In this document: in pieces, positions 33,519 to 37,741 of the stretch
Position numbering within the stretch: the stretch's first letter is position 1
How the letters are laid out: every line of letters begins with the position of its first letter
Origin: a virus
Taxonomy: Duplodnaviria > Caudoviricetes
Reading direction: 5' to 3' (one strand)
Virus record (IMG/VR): IMGVR_UViG_3300020045_000249
Span: 1-37,741 of that record
DNA length: 37,741 nucleotides
Program-made: the position numbers and the translations under genes
The notes under the pieces: generated by a model
Database searches by the model: none
What the model was told of the DNA's origin: nothing
The model's input: only the letters and a program-made list of their open reading frames with translations

Positions 33519-34294
33519 TATTGACCCTTTACTTTCTTAAGTTCGGAGATGTATTCCTTCTCTGTCATAACACCAGTACGTACAAAGGTCTGCATAACCC
33601 GACGTTCATCTGGGGACAGGGTGTAGGAACCACTACCAGAAACAGTTTTCACATTACCGCTCTCCACGGCAGATGCTCGGTTTTGACGAGGATTCTGAAA
33701 CTTATTAGGAAACTCTTTACGAACTTCATCCTCAACTTTACGGAGGACTTGGGGAGGTGTGAGACCTTGCTGGGCCAGTTCAGCACCCAGAGCGTCAGCA
33801 AACGCCTTCATTGGTGTGCTAGACACATACCACGAGTTCTTAGATTTCCATTCGACAAACTCAGGATGCTCTTCAGCCGTAGGCTGTACATCCTCAGGAA
33901 CAACTAGTTGTCGTTGTTGTTCTCGAACCAGATCAATACGCTCATCCGCTGCGATAACGGCATCAGCGTCCCCTTCCTCAAGGGCTGCTTTTTTCTGTGC
34001 TTTCAAAGTATCAAGAGCACGCTTGTATTCGACCTCCTGCACACTGGCATGGAGTTTCTTCATCTCGACTAGAGCACGGCGAACATCTTTCAGTTCACGA
34101 CCTTGTGCTTCAATCTTCTTAAACAGTTCACCACGACGCAGAAACTCTGCGGCATCTACCCATTTCTCAGTGTCACCATTGAAGTCATCTTTCGGGACCC
34201 AGCCCGAAGAGAGTGCTTCTTGTTGAACAGGGGAGAGTTCTGGGGTTTGAGCTTCTTGCTCAGGGGCCACTTGACCAATTTCAGTATTTTCCAT
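33518..34294 (-). CDS. Capsid scaffolding protein
   Basis: Acidic coiled coil, GW.P...F.G...W.DA.EF, W...N.W and C-terminal helix; ATG 34294. Confidence 0.75.
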   Translation of the reverse strand: MENTEIGQVAPEQEAQTPELSPVQQEALSSGWVPKDDFNGDTEKWVDAAEFLRRGELFKKIEAQGRELKDVRRALVEMKKLHASVQEVEYKRALDTLKAQKKAALEEGDADAVIAADERIDLVREQQRQLVVPEDVQPTAEEHPEFVEWKSKNSWYVSSTPMKAFADALGAELAQQGLTPPQVLRKVEDEVRKEFPNKFQNPRQNRASAVESGNVKTVSGSGSYTLSPDERRVMQTFVRTGVMTEKEYISELKKVKGQ

Positions 34295-34296
34295 GT

Positions 34297-34614
34297 TTAT
34301 CCTTTGATAACGCAAATGATGTCTTCGTCATTGAGGCAGATGTACGTTTCACCGTCATCCTCAATCAACTTACCAGCAAACTTGGCATAGTTCACAGTGT
34401 CTCCCGCCTTGATGGGGGGTTCAACACCATAATCCTGGTAAGCCGTTGCCCCAAGGGACACAACAACTCCTCGATCCACAGAGGCCTGTGCTCGTTTCAT
34501 ATCTTCAAGTTCAGGAATGACTAGCCCGATTTCTCGTGCTCGAATCATATCCTTGTTACTCTCGTGAAACTTCTCAGGCTTCACGATGATGCGATGAAGC
34601 AGGGGAATTATCAT
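34297..34614 (-). CDS. groES: GroES/Cpn10-like co-chaperonin
   Basis: IPLLHRIIVKP...GLVIP...RGVVVSLG...IKAGDTVNYAKFAG...DGETYICLNDEDIICVI. Confidence 0.85.
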   Translation of the reverse strand: MIIPLLHRIIVKPEKFHESNKDMIRAREIGLVIPELEDMKRAQASVDRGVVVSLGATAYQDYGVEPPIKAGDTVNYAKFAGKLIEDDGETYICLNDEDIICVIKG

Positions 34615-34814
34615 TTGTCGTCTCCTTCGTCCTCAAGACGAATAAGGTAAACATCCCGGAGTGCGGCAATGTACCCAGCTTTAAAACGATCTTCTAGAGG
34701 ATTAGACCCAGCACTGACTACCAGTTGCTCGGTGATATTCTGCTCCTGCTCTTGAAGACCAGCAAACACTCGTTTTGTAATTGGATGTTGTTTCCAATCT
34801 GAAAAATCACTCAT
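34611..34814 (-). CDS. Hypothetical protein (67 aa)
   Basis: F.DWK.HP.T..VF pattern, typical of the gene following the portal. Confidence 0.75.
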   Translation of the reverse strand: MSDFSDWKQHPITKRVFAGLQEQEQNITEQLVVSAGSNPLEDRFKAGYIAALRDVYLIRLEDEGDDK

Positions 34815-36714
34815 GGTTTCTTAGTTGCCCCTTTGGGTTGAGATTTAGTTTGAGCAAGCTTTTGCTTATGCTCGGCGTCTTTCTGAGACAAGGTTTGGAC
34901 ACCAGAAATCATTTTCTGATTCATGTCGGCCTGCGCTTGTGCAGAGAAAATACGTTGCTTATGGATAGCTTCAGCGGCAGCGAGCTTACCCATTTGGGCT
35001 TTGTGCTCCATGTCCATCTGATGCTCTTGGGCTTTCATAGCCAACTGGACTTGCTTATCTCGTGCATCCAGTTCCATCTTGTGCTGTTGTTGTTGGCCTT
35101 GCATTTGCATCTTCTGCTGCTCCATTTGACCCTTCATCTGCATTTCCATCAGCTTTGGATCAGGTGGTGGCTCAGGAGGTGCCCCAGTCTGCATTACCTG
35201 TGGGTTCATAATCTGTTCCCAATTAGGCTGCTCTTGTGCTTCCAACACACGTTTAATCACTTCCACTGGATTCAACATACCCGAGGGCAGTAGTTCCAGC
35301 AGTCCTTGAGCTTTCATCAACTTTTCTGTCTGAGAGACAGCCGTTGGGTCAGCACCAGGACAAATATCATACTTGGATTTGAAATCGTTAGGACCAACCG
35401 TAACATCCACCACAGCGGCATAAGTCTCTGGGTTGAGGTAGGTGGCATTCAAATCATAAATCTTTTCAAACTCTTCTGCCAAGCTACGGAAGATTCGTTT
35501 GTAAACAGCAGTAAACACTTTCATACCCTGCTCAATCGTAGCCATGGTCGTAGTAGCTGGGGTGTTCTGCCCCGGCATCTTGCCAGTGAAGATTTCAGCA
35601 ACAGAAGCCAATTCCTTGCCGGAAGAAATCAGGCTGCCCATAAGCTGAAACAAGACGTTGCTGGGTTCTTTGGTGGGGAGGGGTACAATTTGCTTCTTGA
35701 GATCATCCCCAACAGCATTAACTGCCTTCCACTCACCCGGCTTAAAGCCGTAGTCACCCATCCTGAGACGTAGGCCCTTACCGAGGAAACCACCTTGGAG
35801 GTTATTCAGTGTGCCTGCGTCAACCAACTGGTTAATGAGAGTATTCACAGACTCGTTGATGGGGCCCAAGAGGCAACCAAAACCAATGTCGTAAAAACTA
35901 CCATCAGGATTAGGAACAAAACCAAATTTCGTGTAGTACTGGATGGGCTCAATCCGCTGGAGTTCCCCCATGTCGTCCACAAACACACCACTCTCATCAT
36001 AGCGAGCTACAATACGGAGGACCTGACCAGTTTCCTTGTGAAAGGTGACAATGTAGGGCTCTTTGTAACCATCATCGTCAAGATCAAGGAAAGTGTGCTG
36101 CTCAATTAGGATGTAGGGGATGGAATCGTCAGCACCAGAGGCTTGAGAATTCTCTGGGAGAGGGGCAGGACCCAACTCAACATCCAAGAACAGCTTTGAC
36201 ATCTGACGCTCTTTCAGGATACGTGCAGACATCTCAATTTCTTCGGAGATACGTTCAGACTCTTTTAGGTTGCGAGTCCAATAGTTGACCACAAGGTTCT
36301 TGGGAGACACCAAAGTGGAGACAGGCGTCTTCTTAACTGGGTCCCAGTAGGTCTTCTTGAACATCATCCCAACGACAGGAAGCTGAATCAGCATCTTGTC
36401 CATCTCCTCTTCCCAGTAGGGAATCTCATACATCACTTGGTAGGACATATAAGTGGAGACCCGTTCAGCAAGAGCTAATTTTTGCCCAGTGGTATCCTTG
36501 CCCATGGTGCGAGCTTTGACAATCTGACCGTTAGAGGGCACTAGAGAGGGGTATGCACGTGCAGCAAACTGCATAGCAGCCGTAGTCATCAGGGGATATT
36601 TCACATTGGAAGCATTCTGCCAAGGGAACGTGCGCTCCTCTTGCACCTGCTTTGCCAGTTTTACCCACTGCTCAAAACTATTTTCCCACTCCTTACGACT
36701 CTCTTTGTCAAGAT
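34811..36714 (-). CDS. Portal protein, apparently 5'-truncated at an inversion junction
   Basis: D..SR.EW, PW..ASNVKYPL...A.QF.ARAYP, G..FKK.YWD, EQH..LDLD.DGY.EPYIVT, N.L.DAGTL.N..GGF and a Q/M-rich tail. There is no RBS or plausible N-terminus upstream of LDKESR. Confidence 0.88.
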
Positions 36715-36796
36715 TACCCCACAATATCCAAAACCTATCCCACTAGGACCAACCATTGGCCCAGTTTGGAATAAATCAACTGACATTTACTGTTAA
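36713..36796 (+). other. 3' fragment of a small Pro-rich gene preceding terL (5' end lost at the junction)
   Basis: Reads ITPQYPKPIPLGPTIGPVWNKSTDIYC*, with TAA directly abutting the terL ATG; no start codon found nearby. Confidence 0.45.
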
Positions 36797-37741
36797 ATGA
36801 AACTTACCTCAGAAGTAGTTGCGGGTTTTGTTGGTGGTGTACTGTCTAGCCGCTTTGATGGTCAGAGTGCCACACCCAACTTTCACCGAGAGTGTTGGGA
36901 ACTCTGCTGCTCTGATGAGAAGTTCGTTGCTCTAGCCGCCCCACGGGCACATGCCAAATCCACCGCAGTCACCTTAGGGTACGGATTGGCCACTTTGCTG
37001 TTTCGACAGCGAAAGTTTATGCTGCTAGTCTCTGACACTGAAAGTCAGAGTGCTCTGTTCCTTGGAACCTTCAAGCAAGAATTGCAAGATAACAAAGAAC
37101 TCATTGATCTCTTTGGCATTCGTCGTAATGCTGACGGGCAAGTTAAGTTCATCAAGGACTCAGAAACAGATATTATTGTTGAGTGTGAGGACGGGCATCG
37201 TTTCCGTATCATTGCCAAGGGAGCGGAACAGAAGCTTCGTGGATTGATCTGGAATGGTTCTCGTCCTGACATCATCATGTGTGACGATATGGAAAACGAC
37301 GAGCTTGTTATGAACAAGGAACGTCGTGAGAAGATGCGGAGATGGTTTCAAGGTGCTTTGCTGCCCTGCCGCTCTGACAATGGTATTGTTCGTATCGTGG
37401 GCACCATCCTGCATATGGATAGCCTCCTAGAGCGCCTAATGCCTTCGGAAAGCGACAAAACAACTGTTAGGTCTGGTCTTAAGACCTACTCCACTCGCAA
37501 GACGATGTGGAAAGCTGTCAAGTACCGGGCCCACAACGACGACTTCACAGAACTACTCTGGCCTCAAAAGAAGAGTGTGGAGATGTTCAAGACCATGTAT
37601 GAGGAAGCTCTTCGTGATGGTACCACTGACATTTACAGTCAGGAATATCTAAACATGCCAATTGACCAAGAACGAGCCCTCTTCAAGAAGGGAGACTTCT
37701 TGGCTGCTACTGAAGAGGTTTTGTCGGGCAAAGTGAATTAC
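36797..37741 (+). CDS. terL: Terminase large subunit (partial, runs off the window; missing from the ORF track)
   Basis: MKLTSEVVAGFVGGVLSS...FHRECW...ALAAPRAHAKST (Walker A), GAEQKLRG, RPDIIMCDDMEND (Walker B), IVGTILH, SQEYLNMP. Confidence 0.92.
   Translation, partial: MKLTSEVVAGFVGGVLSSRFDGQSATPNFHRECWELCCSDEKFVALAAPRAHAKSTAVTLGYGLATLLFRQRKFMLLVSDTESQSALFLGTFKQELQDNKELIDLFGIRRNADGQVKFIKDSETDIIVECEDGHRFRIIAKGAEQKLRGLIWNGSRPDIIMCDDMENDELVMNKERREKMRRWFQGALLPCRSDNGIVRIVGTILHMDSLLERLMPSESDKTTVRSGLKTYSTRKTMWKAVKYRAHNDDFTELLWPQKKSVEMFKTMYEEALRDGTTDIYSQEYLNMPIDQERALFKKGDFLAATEEVLSGKVNY

Noticed and set aside
12533-36109. Many short + strand ORFs across the structural arm (and - strand ORFs across the replication arm)
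   Set aside because: They are antisense to well-supported genes and lack RBSs or motifs.
36715-36724. TTG 36724 as the true portal start
   Set aside because: There is no RBS, the portal appears to lack its usual N-terminal segment, and these bases read as coding sequence on the opposite strand.
1-37741. CRISPR array, tRNA genes, integrase, reverse transcriptase/DGR, phage RNA polymerase, DNA-modification cluster
   Set aside because: None recognised by eye. tRNAscan-SE, Infernal and a self dot-plot would be needed to exclude them formally.

Overview
Near-complete genome segment of a lytic, podovirus-like dsDNA phage, probably with a proteobacterial host (inference). Two gene arms converge on a bidirectional terminator at about 12.55 kb. 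The + arm (1-12.5 kb) holds replication and nucleotide-metabolism genes: primase C-terminus, DnaB-like helicase, a family A DNA polymerase split into two genes (the second with a frame disruption inside motif A), SSB, 5'-3' exonuclease, three HNH-type nucleases, ThyX, a metallophosphoesterase, DUF3310, a MazG-like protein and a class II ribonucleotide reductase. The - arm (12.6-36.7 kb) holds virion and lysis genes: portal, GroES-like chaperonin, scaffold, major capsid, decoration proteins, several tailspike/depolymerase-type proteins, holin, P22 gp4/gp10-like tail proteins, three ejection proteins and a lysozyme. The large terminase sits inverted at the right end behind a junction that truncates the portal. 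A similar inverted junction truncates the primase at the left end, so both may be amplification or assembly chimeras. Main points of interest: (i) the 1604-aa ejection protein has two cassettes (a GNAT acetyltransferase and an AT-rich SH3-like module) bounded by three copies of a KKQxG(G/A)xLxxD-like motif; (ii) the split polymerase with a CTT-TAG frame break at catalytic motif A; (iii) three genes that appear to need non-canonical starts (CTG, ATA, ATT); (iv) beta-clamp-binding-like motifs; (v) an inverted repeat that sequesters a start codon. All product calls come from motif recognition by eye; no database search was run.
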